This document shows positions 45,115 through 53,800 of a stretch of 55,060 bases of DNA, in pieces. This stretch comes from an uncultured Ruminococcus sp. (GTDB lineage: Bacteria > Bacillota > Clostridia > Oscillospirales > CAG-272): NCBI GenBank assembly GCA_902779285.1, contig CACZAZ010000005.1, forward strand, positions 1 to 55,060, written 5' to 3'. Numbering within the stretch: position 1 is the stretch's first letter; each line of letters opens with the position of its first letter. A model generated the notes under the pieces. That model saw only the letters and a program-made list of their open reading frames with translations. It had not been told where the DNA came from and ran no database searches. A program made the position numbers and the translations under genes.

Positions 45115-45669
45115 ATGGTGGATCTTCTCGAATTGCAGAAGCGGTTTATCCTCGCGCACCTTCGCCCGGGGGACGTCGCGGTTGACTGCACGATGGGGAA
45201 CGGGAACGATACCGCGTTCCTCTCGCAAACCGTCGGGGAAATGGGGCGCGTCTACGCCTTCGATATCCAGGAGGCGGCGCTCGAATCGACCCGCGCGCAC
45301 CTTGCGGAACTCGGCTGCCCGGAGAATTATACGCTGATCCACGCCTCGCATCACAGGATCCTCGAATTCGTGAAGGAAAACCCGAAAGCGGTGATGTTCA
45401 ATCTCGGGTATCTGCCGGGGAGTGGGAAGAAGCAGGTGACCACCATGCGCGAGACGACGATGGAGGCGGTACGGGGCGCCGTCGAACTGCTCGATCACGA
45501 CGGGATCCTCTTGGTCGCGATCTATCCGGGCCACGAGGAGGGTCGGCTCGAGGGCGAGATGCTCGGAGAGTACTTCGCCTCCCTCGACCGTCACAAGATC
45601 TGCTGCTCGTGCTTCAAGATCGTCAACTCTCCCACGTCGCCGTATTTTTACATTGTGGAGAAAAAATAA
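45115..45669 (+). CDS. SAM-dependent RNA methyltransferase, YtqB/MnmM-like
   Basis: VDCTMGNGNDT.FL, VYAFDIQ..A, MFNLGYLPG, IYPGHEEG..E. Confidence 0.85.
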   Translation: MVDLLELQKRFILAHLRPGDVAVDCTMGNGNDTAFLSQTVGEMGRVYAFDIQEAALESTRAHLAELGCPENYTLIHASHHRILEFVKENPKAVMFNLGYLPGSGKKQVTTMRETTMEAVRGAVELLDHDGILLVAIYPGHEEGRLEGEMLGEYFASLDRHKICCSCFKIVNSPTSPYFYIVEKK

Positions 45670-45710
45670 GGAACGACGGGGGACGCCCTGCGGGGGAACG
45701 GGAGTTTTTC

Positions 45711-45785
45711 CCACTTTCTTTCGGGGCACGACCGCATCCCCCGCGCGGGCGTGGTAAGGAAAGTGGGGCAAAGAACTCTATAAAG
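45711..45785. repeat. Dispersed palindromic repeat copy 2, inverted relative to 8062-8102 and with a larger loop
   Basis: CCACTTTCTT...AAGGAAAGTGGGGCAAAGAACTCTATAAAG. Confidence 0.6.
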
Positions 45786-45795
45786 AATAATAAAA

Positions 45796-45833
45796 GCAAA
45801 ACGGCGAGCCCCTGCGGACTCTCGCCGTTTTGC
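45796..45833 (+). terminator. Terminator after the rqcH operon
   Basis: GCAAAACGGCGAG-loop-CTCGCCGTTTTGC. Confidence 0.65.
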
Positions 45834-45878
45834 GGTTCTATAGCCCGGACTTCAAAGATTGTTTTTGCCTTTGGTAAT

Positions 45879-45973
45879 GAATCACGTCGCGCTTGCGCGA
45901 CAATTCATGCAAACGCAGTTTGCAATTCACGCGACCGAAGGGAGCAATTCACGCGGGCTTGCCCGCAATTCAT
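45879..45973. repeat. Linker-hairpin array B: AATTCAY x4 plus a degenerate GAATCAC, separated by 14-16-nt hairpins
   Basis: Linkers at 45879, 45902, 45924, 45946, 45967 (periods 23/22/22/21). Confidence 0.85.
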
Positions 45974-46042
45974 CGCGTACCGCCCCGAGCCCTCGCAGCA
46001 TCGGCTTTTTTCCATATAAATTAAAATAATCCGAAAAACCTC

Positions 46043-46071
46043 TTGACAAACCCGGCGCGGTACGCTATAAT
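46043..46071 (+). promoter_or_regulatory. Consensus sigma-A promoter of rplJL
   Basis: TTGACA-17 nt-TATAAT. Confidence 0.9.
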
Positions 46072-46077
46072 AATGCC

Positions 46078-46212
46078 CGTTCCTAAGACAGCAGGTTACA
46101 GTAAAAGCGAAAGCCACCCTGCCGAGGAGAGAAGAATTGACCTGTCGAAACGACGTTTTCGGATCATTCGTCCTTTCCCGTCTTGTGGGGAAAGGATTTT
46201 TTCTTTTCTTCC
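46078..46212 (+). ncRNA. Ribosomal protein L10 leader (autogenous attenuator)
   Basis: CTAAGACAGCAGG...CCCTGCCGAGG core typical of the L10 leader, then a hairpin and T run before rplJ. Confidence 0.8.
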
Positions 46213-46246
46213 CTCTTAGCGAATAATCCATACGGAGGTGAACTCA

Positions 46247-46771
46247 ATGCCCAGTCAGAAGATCCTGGAATCCAAGCAGGAGATCGTCCGGAATCTTGCC
46301 GAGAAGATCCGCGGCAGCGCCGCAGGCGTTCTCGTCAAGTACGAGGGGATCACGGTCGAGGATGACACGAAGCTTCGTGCCGCTCTCCGCGCCGCAGGCG
46401 TGGAATACTGCGTCATGAAGAATTCGCTCACCGGCCGCGCCTGTGAGGAAGTCGGATACGGCGATTTGAAGCAGTATCTGGTGGGAATGACCGCGATCGC
46501 GCTCTCCGAGAAAGATCCGGTCGCGCCCGCAAAAATCATCAAGGAGTATGCCGACAAGATCGAAACCTTTGAGATCAAAGCAGGTTTCGTGGACGGCGGT
46601 CTGCTTGATGCCGCAGGGGTCGGCACCCTTGCAAACATCCCGTCGAAGGAGACGCTGATCGCGAAGATGCTCGGGTCCATGATGGCTCCGCTCTACTCGT
46701 TCGCGCGCGTTCTTCAGGCAAAGATCGACAAAGACGGCGGCGCTCCCGCCGAAGCCGCGGCAGAGGCTTGA
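46247..46771 (+). CDS. rplJ: 50S ribosomal protein L10
   Basis: K..IV..L, Y.GITV..DT.LR..LR, V.KNSL, EIKAGFVDG, LANIPSKE.L; GGAGGTG RBS. Confidence 0.97.
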   Translation: MPSQKILESKQEIVRNLAEKIRGSAAGVLVKYEGITVEDDTKLRAALRAAGVEYCVMKNSLTGRACEEVGYGDLKQYLVGMTAIALSEKDPVAPAKIIKEYADKIETFEIKAGFVDGGLLDAAGVGTLANIPSKETLIAKMLGSMMAPLYSFARVLQAKIDKDGGAPAEAAAEA

Positions 46772-46816
46772 TCTGCTCAACACATCTGAAAAGAAAGAAT
46801 ACGGAGGAATCTATCA

Positions 46817-47197
46817 ATGGCTACCGAAAAGACCACCCAGATCCTTGACCTTGTGAAAGGTCTCACCATTCTCGAACTTGCCGACCTCGTGAAGGCGCTC
46901 GAAGAGGAGTTCGGCGTTTCCGCCGCTCCCGTCGCCGTTGCCGGTGCTGCCGGCGCCGCTCCCGCCGCCGCTGCTGCGGAAGAGAAGACCGAGTTCGACG
47001 TCATCCTTGCCAGCTTCGGCGACAAGAAGCTCGACGTCATCAAAGCCGTTCGCGGCATTACCGGTCTCGGCCTGAAAGAGGCGAAGGACCTCGTCGAAGC
47101 CGCTCCGAAGGCGATCAAAGAGGGCGTTTCCAAAGAGGAAGCCGACAAGGTTGCCGAGGAACTCAAGGCTGCCGGCGCGACCGTCGAGATCAAGTAA
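46817..47197 (+). CDS. rplL: 50S ribosomal protein L7/L12
   Basis: [44 protein letters not shown]. Confidence 0.99.
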   Translation: MATEKTTQILDLVKGLTILELADLVKALEEEFGVSAAPVAVAGAAGAAPAAAAAEEKTEFDVILASFGDKKLDVIKAVRGITGLGLKEAKDLVEAAPKAIKEGVSKEEADKVAEELKAAGATVEIK

Positions 47198-47209
47198 TTT
47201 TCCGAACGG

Positions 47210-47255
47210 AAAAAAGAAAGACAGGGTACACAAGAGCCCTGTCTTTTCTTTTTTT
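47210..47255. terminator. Bidirectional terminator after rplL
   Basis: AAAAAAGAAAGACAGGG...CCCTGTCTTTTCTTTTTT. Confidence 0.85.
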
Positions 47256-47260
47256 GCGGA

Positions 47261-48016
47261 TTATGGAATATCGTTTTCGCCGCCGTCAGAGGGGGCGGGG
47301 ACTTCGCTTTGCTTTTGCAAAACGACGCCGGTCGCGACCAAATGCGCACCTTCGTATAGCCGGAAGGTCTCGCCCGGGGCGGGATCAAACGGCATTTCTT
47401 CCGAAAACGGACGGATCGTCGCAAGGGTTTCGCGTTCTCCGGTCTGCTCTTTGACGCGAACGTCGACGCTCCACGCGTTCTCCGGATCCAACGCCTCATC
47501 GCCGAAACAGACGATCGGGTAGTATCCTTTTTCGGTTTTGGGGAGCGTTTTTCTCCCGCACTCGTCGGGGGAGAGCCAGTCGATCTTTGCGTCGGCGGAA
47601 CGGAGCGCCTGATAAACGTCGGCAAGGTATTGCCGCAACTGCGCGCAGTTCGGGACGTCGTAGATGCCGAACGGGTATTCTCCTATCCGCAGATCGCAGG
47701 TGTTCTTCGCCTGTTGGCGGGGGCTCTGCTTGAAATGATAGTCCTCAAAGCACAGGTCGTCGATACGGTATTGGTATTTGTCGTATCCGTTCGTTAAGAT
47801 CAGCACGTGGTTTTCAAAATCCAACAGCCAGATGACTTTTTTCCGCACGACGATCAAAACGATCAGTATACAGAACAAAACGATCCCTTCTAAAAAAAGG
47901 CAGGTCGCAAGATTGTTCAGAAGCCCGAGCAACGCCAGTAACCCCATTCCGAGGTATGCAAGCAGCGCGATCTGCGTGACTTTGCGGCTACTCGATTGGG
48001 TATGATACCGTTTCAT
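47261..48016 (-). CDS. Hypothetical two-TM membrane protein with a C-terminal EF-Tu domain III-like module
   Basis: AAGGAAGG RBS; two hydrophobic helices; C-terminal AKIDWLSPDECGRKT....GYYP...PGETFRLYEGAHLVATGVV. Confidence 0.65.
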   Translation of the reverse strand: MKRYHTQSSSRKVTQIALLAYLGMGLLALLGLLNNLATCLFLEGIVLFCILIVLIVVRKKVIWLLDFENHVLILTNGYDKYQYRIDDLCFEDYHFKQSPRQQAKNTCDLRIGEYPFGIYDVPNCAQLRQYLADVYQALRSADAKIDWLSPDECGRKTLPKTEKGYYPIVCFGDEALDPENAWSVDVRVKEQTGERETLATIRPFSEEMPFDPAPGETFRLYEGAHLVATGVVLQKQSEVPAPSDGGENDIP

Positions 48017-48039
48017 ACGGTTGTTTCCTTCCTTTTCAA

Positions 48040-48270
48040 TCACTTCCTGTGTTTGGCGCACTGTTCGCAGAAGCCGTTTTCATCGAGTGTCTGCGGTTTG
48101 AAGTATTTTTTGACGTAATACGCCGCGAGGTTCCATTCGGTTTCGCCGATATGTTCCGGCATCGCGGGATCGTAGCCCTTGGTGTGACAGCCGTTGCACT
48201 CGTTGATCCACTTTTTCAGGTGCGGGAACGCTTGGATATACTCTTCGCCCTCATTTTTTCCGTGCTGCAT
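48040..48270 (-). CDS. Small hypothetical zinc-binding protein (CxxC...CxxC)
   Basis: AGGAG RBS; KKWINECNGCH.KGY.P ... GFCEQC. Confidence 0.7.
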   Translation of the reverse strand: MQHGKNEGEEYIQAFPHLKKWINECNGCHTKGYDPAMPEHIGETEWNLAAYYVKKYFKPQTLDENGFCEQCAKHRK

Positions 48271-48362
48271 AGTTTTCCTGCTCCTTCCTTGGGTAAAAAC
48301 GGGTTCTTCCTTTATTATACCGACGGTTCCCGTTTCTGTCAAGTTCTGCGTCTCTCCCGCGC

Positions 48363-48480
48363 CCTCGTTCCTTCACTTTTCCGCTTGTGGGAAAACTTCA
48401 CTCGGCGCCGGCGCCGTCTTCACTTTGCCGCAGGCAAAACTTCACTTCGCGGGGCGCCCGCGCGCCGCGAAACCTCGTTC
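48363..48480. repeat. Linker-hairpin array C: CTTCACT x4 with hairpins, bounded by 8-bp direct repeats CCTCGTTC
   Basis: Linkers at 48371, 48396, 48418, 48440; direct repeats at 48363-48370 and 48473-48480. Confidence 0.85.
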
Positions 48481-48506
48481 TAAAACAGGGGGGCGGTGCA
48501 TAGAAT
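48478..48506 (+). promoter_or_regulatory. Possible mother-cell sigma-E promoter
   Basis: TTCTAAA-14 nt-CATAGAAT upstream of a SipL-like gene. Confidence 0.5.
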
Positions 48507-48533
48507 ATACCAAATTACCGAAGGAGAAGCGAT

Positions 48534-50087
48534 ATGGAAAAGGGAATCTACAAGGGTTTTCACGGGGTGAAGGATATGGCGCCCGGGGTCGTGCGCGGGG
48601 AGTGCGTGATCGACGTGACGCTCCCCGACTACGAGCCCGAGATCCGCAGGATCTTTGGGGCGTCGGCGTATGCGCAGCCGACGGGGAAGTACCTTTCCGG
48701 GGGAAAAGCCGAGTTTGCCGGGACGGTCCGGCACGTCGTCTACTGCGCGAACGCCGACGGGGGCGTGTCGGTCCTGCCGCTGTCGGGGGACTACCTGTTC
48801 TCGTTCCCCGCGCCCGACGGGGGAGAGCCGACGCTTTTGCCCGTGGTCCCGGACGCGCCGATTTGCCGTCTGATCGGTCCGCGCCGTCTTTCGATCCGCA
48901 CCCCGCTGTCGGCTACGGCTCGCTGCTACGCGCCGAGGGAGAGTTCGTCCGCCCTGCCGACGCTGACCGCCGACCCCGACGTGATCTCCCTGATCCACCC
49001 GGTCGGAACACACCGCGCCGAGACGGTCTCGCTCCGCGACGTGCGGGTGGGGGACGTGATCCGGACGGACGGGGAGGCAAAGGTGCTTTCGTGCGAGGCG
49101 TCGGCGTGCGTGCGCGAGGTAAACCCGACCCCGCATGGGGTGGAGGTAAGGGGCGACGTTCCGCTCGTTCTGAAACTCGACAGAGGCGACGGCGTACCCT
49201 CGGAGGTGCGGCGGAAGATCCCGTTTTCCGAGGTCGTCCCGCTTGAGGGAGAGTTCCTTGACGGCGGGAGCGCGTCGGCGTGGGCGTGCGTCACGTCGTG
49301 CGACGTATCCCCCTCGGGCGGGGAGCCGGCGAGCGAGATCTCGGTCGATCTGACGCTGGATCTTATTGCCGAGGTCACTTTTCCCGTCGAGGAGGAGGCG
49401 CTGGTCGACCTGTTCTCGCTGAAAGAGCCGACCGCCGTTCGGACCGAGCGGATCGGGGTGACCGACGTTTGCTTCTGCGGGGGCGGGGTCTATACGCTCG
49501 AGGGCGCGGCAGAGCGCAGCGAGTGCAACTGCGAGGACGCGATGACGGTGCTCGGAGAGTCCGCCGCCGTTTCGGTCGAGTCCGCGTCGGTCGGGGAGGA
49601 CGGGGCGACCGTTGCGGGCGAATGCCGGGTCTTCGCGGCGGTCGGCTCTCCCTCGGGCGACGGGGAGACGGTCTACACGGCGGCGAACTTCCGCTTCCCG
49701 TATTCCGTGACGGTCCCGGTCCCCGCCGAATGCCGCGCCGCCCCAAAGGTCGACGCGACGGCGATCCCGGTCTCGGTGACGGTGAAACTCGACGCCGCGC
49801 GGCTGCTCGCGTCTGTCGAGTGCGCGTTCACCGTCCGTCTCTCGGGCGAGGGGGAAGTAACGGTGGTCAGAGACGTCGAGCGAGGTGAGGGCGAGTACCC
49901 GGAACGGGCGCCGGGGGAGATCGTCGCGGTCTATCCCGAAGGGGGAGAAACGCTCTGGGACGTCGCCGTTCGCTACGGCGTTTCGCCCGATTCGGTCGCG
50001 GAAACGAACGGTTTGCCCGAGACGGCGAAAGCCGAGCCCGACGCGCAAAACTCGCTCGACGGGGTGGTTCGGCTGCTGATCGGGTGA
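48534..50087 (+). CDS. SPOCS (DUF3794) plus C-terminal LysM spore-coat protein, SipL-like
   Basis: DVTLPDYEPEIRRI, G.V...V.Y, IPFSEVV, DLFS, C-terminal YPEGGETLWDVAVRYGV....NGL LysM; AAGGAG RBS. Confidence 0.8.
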   Translation: MEKGIYKGFHGVKDMAPGVVRGECVIDVTLPDYEPEIRRIFGASAYAQPTGKYLSGGKAEFAGTVRHVVYCANADGGVSVLPLSGDYLFSFPAPDGGEPTLLPVVPDAPICRLIGPRRLSIRTPLSATARCYAPRESSSALPTLTADPDVISLIHPVGTHRAETVSLRDVRVGDVIRTDGEAKVLSCEASACVREVNPTPHGVEVRGDVPLVLKLDRGDGVPSEVRRKIPFSEVVPLEGEFLDGGSASAWACVTSCDVSPSGGEPASEISVDLTLDLIAEVTFPVEEEALVDLFSLKEPTAVRTERIGVTDVCFCGGGVYTLEGAAERSECNCEDAMTVLGESAAVSVESASVGEDGATVAGECRVFAAVGSPSGDGETVYTAANFRFPYSVTVPVPAECRAAPKVDATAIPVSVTVKLDAARLLASVECAFTVRLSGEGEVTVVRDVERGEGEYPERAPGEIVAVYPEGGETLWDVAVRYGVSPDSVAETNGLPETAKAEPDAQNSLDGVVRLLIG

Positions 50088-50240
50088 GGCGCCCGAAAAA
50101 AGTCTGCAAGGGGAGTCATTTTCCCCTTGCATTTCTTTTATTGATATTGTATAATTGTATTATGAAATAGAATGCGCGAGCTATACGCTCGCGGGCGCGT
50201 ACCCGTGAGCGGGCGCGAAAACGAACAAGGAGGGCAAGCG

Positions 50241-50883
50241 ATGGAACGGATCTACACCATCCCGGTCAACGAGGCGTTCGACGACTCGCGGGATCATCCC
50301 GAATGCGGCTGCCCTCTTCCGCGTGCGCACCAACCGCGAGGGGTTTTGCCCGGGTCATTTTACCGCGATGCTGAAGCGCAAGAACCGGCTCGGACTGGCT
50401 TTGATGCTCGAAAGCCATCTCGCGGAACTCGCCCCGGCGGTTTTCCCCCGCGGGCTGGCGGCTCTCGGAGGGAGAGAAAAGACGGTCGCGCGGCTCGCGG
50501 AACTCGAAAAAGATTGCTACGTCTGCTCGCGGATCGAGTTCAGTTTGTCGCGGATGATCGAGACGGTGATCCTCCTTTACGAGGAGGACGGGTCCTTCCG
50601 CGAGAAGTTCCGTTCGCAGCCGCATTTCTGCCTGCCGCACTACCGCCGCCTGCTCTCGGTCGCGCGGGATCGGCTCGGCAAAAAGGCGCGGGCGGAGTTC
50701 AACCGCGAGATCGGGGAAGTCGAACAAAGATGGTTCGCGGCGCTCTCGGACGACGTGTCGGCGTTCTGCCGTTCGTTTGATTACCGCGTCGAGGAACCGC
50801 TGACCGAGGAACAGAAAACGGCGGTCGAACGCGCCGTCAAAGGATTATCCGGGCTGGAAGGAAGAGAGGTCAAACCGTGCTGA
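50241..50883 (+). pseudogene. DUF6062-like protein interrupted by an internal deletion and frameshift near 50318
   Basis: Frame 1 MERIYTIPVNEAFD...ECGCP(L) switches to another frame RVRTNREGFCPGHF.AML..KNRLGLALMLESHL...CYVC...FCLPHY...FC.SFDYR. Confidence 0.7.
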
Positions 50884-53800
50884 TACTGGAAGTTAAGGTC
50901 AAACACTTCGGTTTGCTTGACTATTTCGAGGTCAAATTCGGCGACAAGCTCAACGTGATCGAGGGCTCGAACGAGTCCGGTAAGAGCACGCTTGCCGCCT
51001 TCGTCCGGTTTATGCTCTACGGCTTCACGCCCGATCCCGCGGGGCTTGAGGAACGGCGCAAGCGGACGAGTTGGGAGACCGGGACCGCCGAGGGCGAGAT
51101 GACCGTCCTCGTCAAGGGAAAACGCTACCGCATCGACCGCTATTCCGCGATCGTGCAGGAGAACGGGCGCGAGGTCTTCCGCGACAGGACGCGGGTGGTC
51201 AATATCGAAGAGGGGAGTCTGGTCACCGAAAAAGACGCCGGGGAGTATTTCCTCGGGGTCCCGTCGGACGTTTTCTCGAGTTCCGCCTACATCAGCCAGA
51301 TGGACGATACCCACGTCGGGGAAGAGAAGATGCGCGAGACCATCTCGAACCTGCTCTTCTCGGGGAACGAACAACTCTCGGTCGACAAAGCCGCCGCCGC
51401 GATCAACGCCCGCCGCGTATCGGAGACCGAGGAACACGGGGTCGGGTCGCGCGCCCTGCTCGCCAGAGCCGAGGAGCTGATCGCGGAGGAACAGCGATCG
51501 ATCGAGATCACCGACACGCTGCTCGAACGCGAGAGCGAACTGGTCGAGAATCAGAAGGAGCGCGAGAAGGTCGAACAGGAGATCGCGAAACTCGAAAAAC
51601 TGAAGGGCAGTTTCCGCGCCATCGCTCTGCTCAACAGTTTCGATAAACTGCATACGCTCGAACAGGAGGAACGCCTGCTCCACGCGGAGGAAGCGGAGTT
51701 CCGGATGAAACATACGGGCAACGATTTTCTGCCCGACAGCTCCTATCGCACCGAACTCGCCATCAACCGCCGCGTGACGGCGGACGCCTATCGCACCTAC
51801 CGCGCGGCGGGCGAGGAACACGGACAACTGAAAGAGAAGATCGAGGACGAACGCGAAGAGGAGAAACTGCTCCACAGGATCGACCGTCACGGCGGCGACG
51901 AGGTCGTCTCCCGCGAGGTCCGCGAGGCGCGCAAGAGCGGGACCAACGCCCTTTTGCTCACGATCCTCTGCTTCGGGCTTGCGGTCTTTCTCCCCATCCT
52001 CGGCGCGATCCTTTCGTGGAAGCCCGGGGCGGCGCTCTACCTCGCGCTCGCGGGCGTGGCGCTCGTCGGCGGCGGGGTCATGGCGCTTATCTACCGCGGA
52101 CACTTCAAGCGTGCGCGGGCGCTCGCAAACGAGTACGGATTCAAGACGCTCTCGGCGTTCGCCGCGTTCCTTTCGGGGAACGGCGAAAGGCGTCGGGCGA
52201 TCGCGGACCGCGAACAGGCGCTGAGACACGCCGAGGACGTGGTCGACCGCACCAAGAAGACCTATCTTGCGACCTATTCTTCGCTCTCCGCGACGGTCGC
52301 CCGCTGGGGGCGTTCGCTGCCCGAATCGGGGGTCGGCGCCGCGATCGACAGGATGATCGAGGAGATCGACGCCGTTCTCGCGGGGCAAGCCGAGTTTGCT
52401 GAACGCGAAAAGCGTCTGGAAGCCGAGCTGAACGCCCTGCGCGGGAAACTGGCGGGCGAGAACGAAGAGCATCTGCGCCACTCGCTCTCCCCCGAACTGC
52501 AGAATATGCTCTGCGATATGTCGTTTGAAGACCTGCTCGACGGGATCAAGGTCCGCAACGAGAGAAAACAGGAACTCGAAAAGCACCGGCTCGATCTGGA
52601 GGACGAGATCGCGGGGCTCCGTCAGGGGGCGTCGAATCCCGTCGAGATCCGCGAGAAGATCGAGATCCTCCGCGACCGCATCCGCGCGGCGAGCGAACTG
52701 AAGCACGCGCTGGATCTGGCGTATTCCGCCGTTTCCGGCGCCGAGGGCAATCTGCGGCGCGAGATCACGCCGCGGCTGTCGGCGTACGCGGGGCGCTTGA
52801 TGAGCGCGATGACCGACGGCAAGTACGGTCAACTCGGGGTCAACCAGGATCTGTTCCTCGACTTTGCCCGCGAGGAGGGCGACCGCTATTCCGCCGAGTA
52901 TCTGTCGGGCGGTACGCGCGACCTCGCCTATATCGCGCTGCGGCTGGCGTATATCGACCTGCTCTATAAGGATGAGAAGCCGCCGCTCTGCTTTGACGAG
53001 AGTTTCGCGCATCAGGACAACTTCCGCGCGACCTGCACCATGCGGGCGCTGCGCGAACTGGCGGAGGACGGGGTGCAGAGTTTGATCTTCACCTGCCGGA
53101 GCCGCGAATCGACCATCGCGCGCGAGGTCGACAGGAAATACCACCACATCAAGATCGAGAAACTCCGCGCCGACCAAGCGCTTGCCCAGATCGAAGCAGA
53201 GCGGGCGAGACGGGAAGCCGAGGAGGAGCGCCGCCGCGCAAGAGAAGAAGCGATCAGAGCCGCCGCCCTAAACCCGCCTCCGACAGAGGAGCCCGCGCCC
53301 ACCGTCCTGCTCCCCGGGATCGACTATCCCGAGACCGAGGAGGAACACCGCGCGGCGGAAGAAGCGCGTCTTGCCGAGGAAGCGCGGATCGCGGAGGAGA
53401 CCCGGATCGCGGAGGAGACCGCAAGACGGATCGCGGAGGGGGACGAAGAAGCCCTCTTCGACGAGGATCGCGACCGGCAGGATCTCTCCGACGGGACCGA
53501 GGACAAAGACGAGGACGACGCGCTGTTTGACGGGGAGGATCCCGCAGCCGTTATGACCGAAACCGACGGGGACGAGCCCGAAGACGAGTCCGAAGACGAG
53601 CTTGAAGAAGAACTCGAAGAAGAGCCCGAGGAAGAGCCCGAGGAAGAGCCCGAGGAAGAGCCCGAAGAAGAACCCGACGTGACCGAAGAAGAAGCGGAAA
53701 CCCCCGCGGACGGTCCCGCGGGAGAGGGCGACCTGTTCGCTCCCTTCGATCTGTCCGCACCCGAAGGGGAAGAGGTCGACGAGCGACCCGAAGAAGAGCC

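Noticed and set aside
46247-47197. rplJL separated from rplKA and rpoBC as a novelty
   Set aside because: A stand-alone rplJL unit with its own promoter and L10 leader is not unusual in Clostridia
45879-48480. Arrays B and C (and A) as CRISPR arrays
   Set aside because: Repeats are only 7 nt, spacers are short and themselves palindromic, and no cas genes are present
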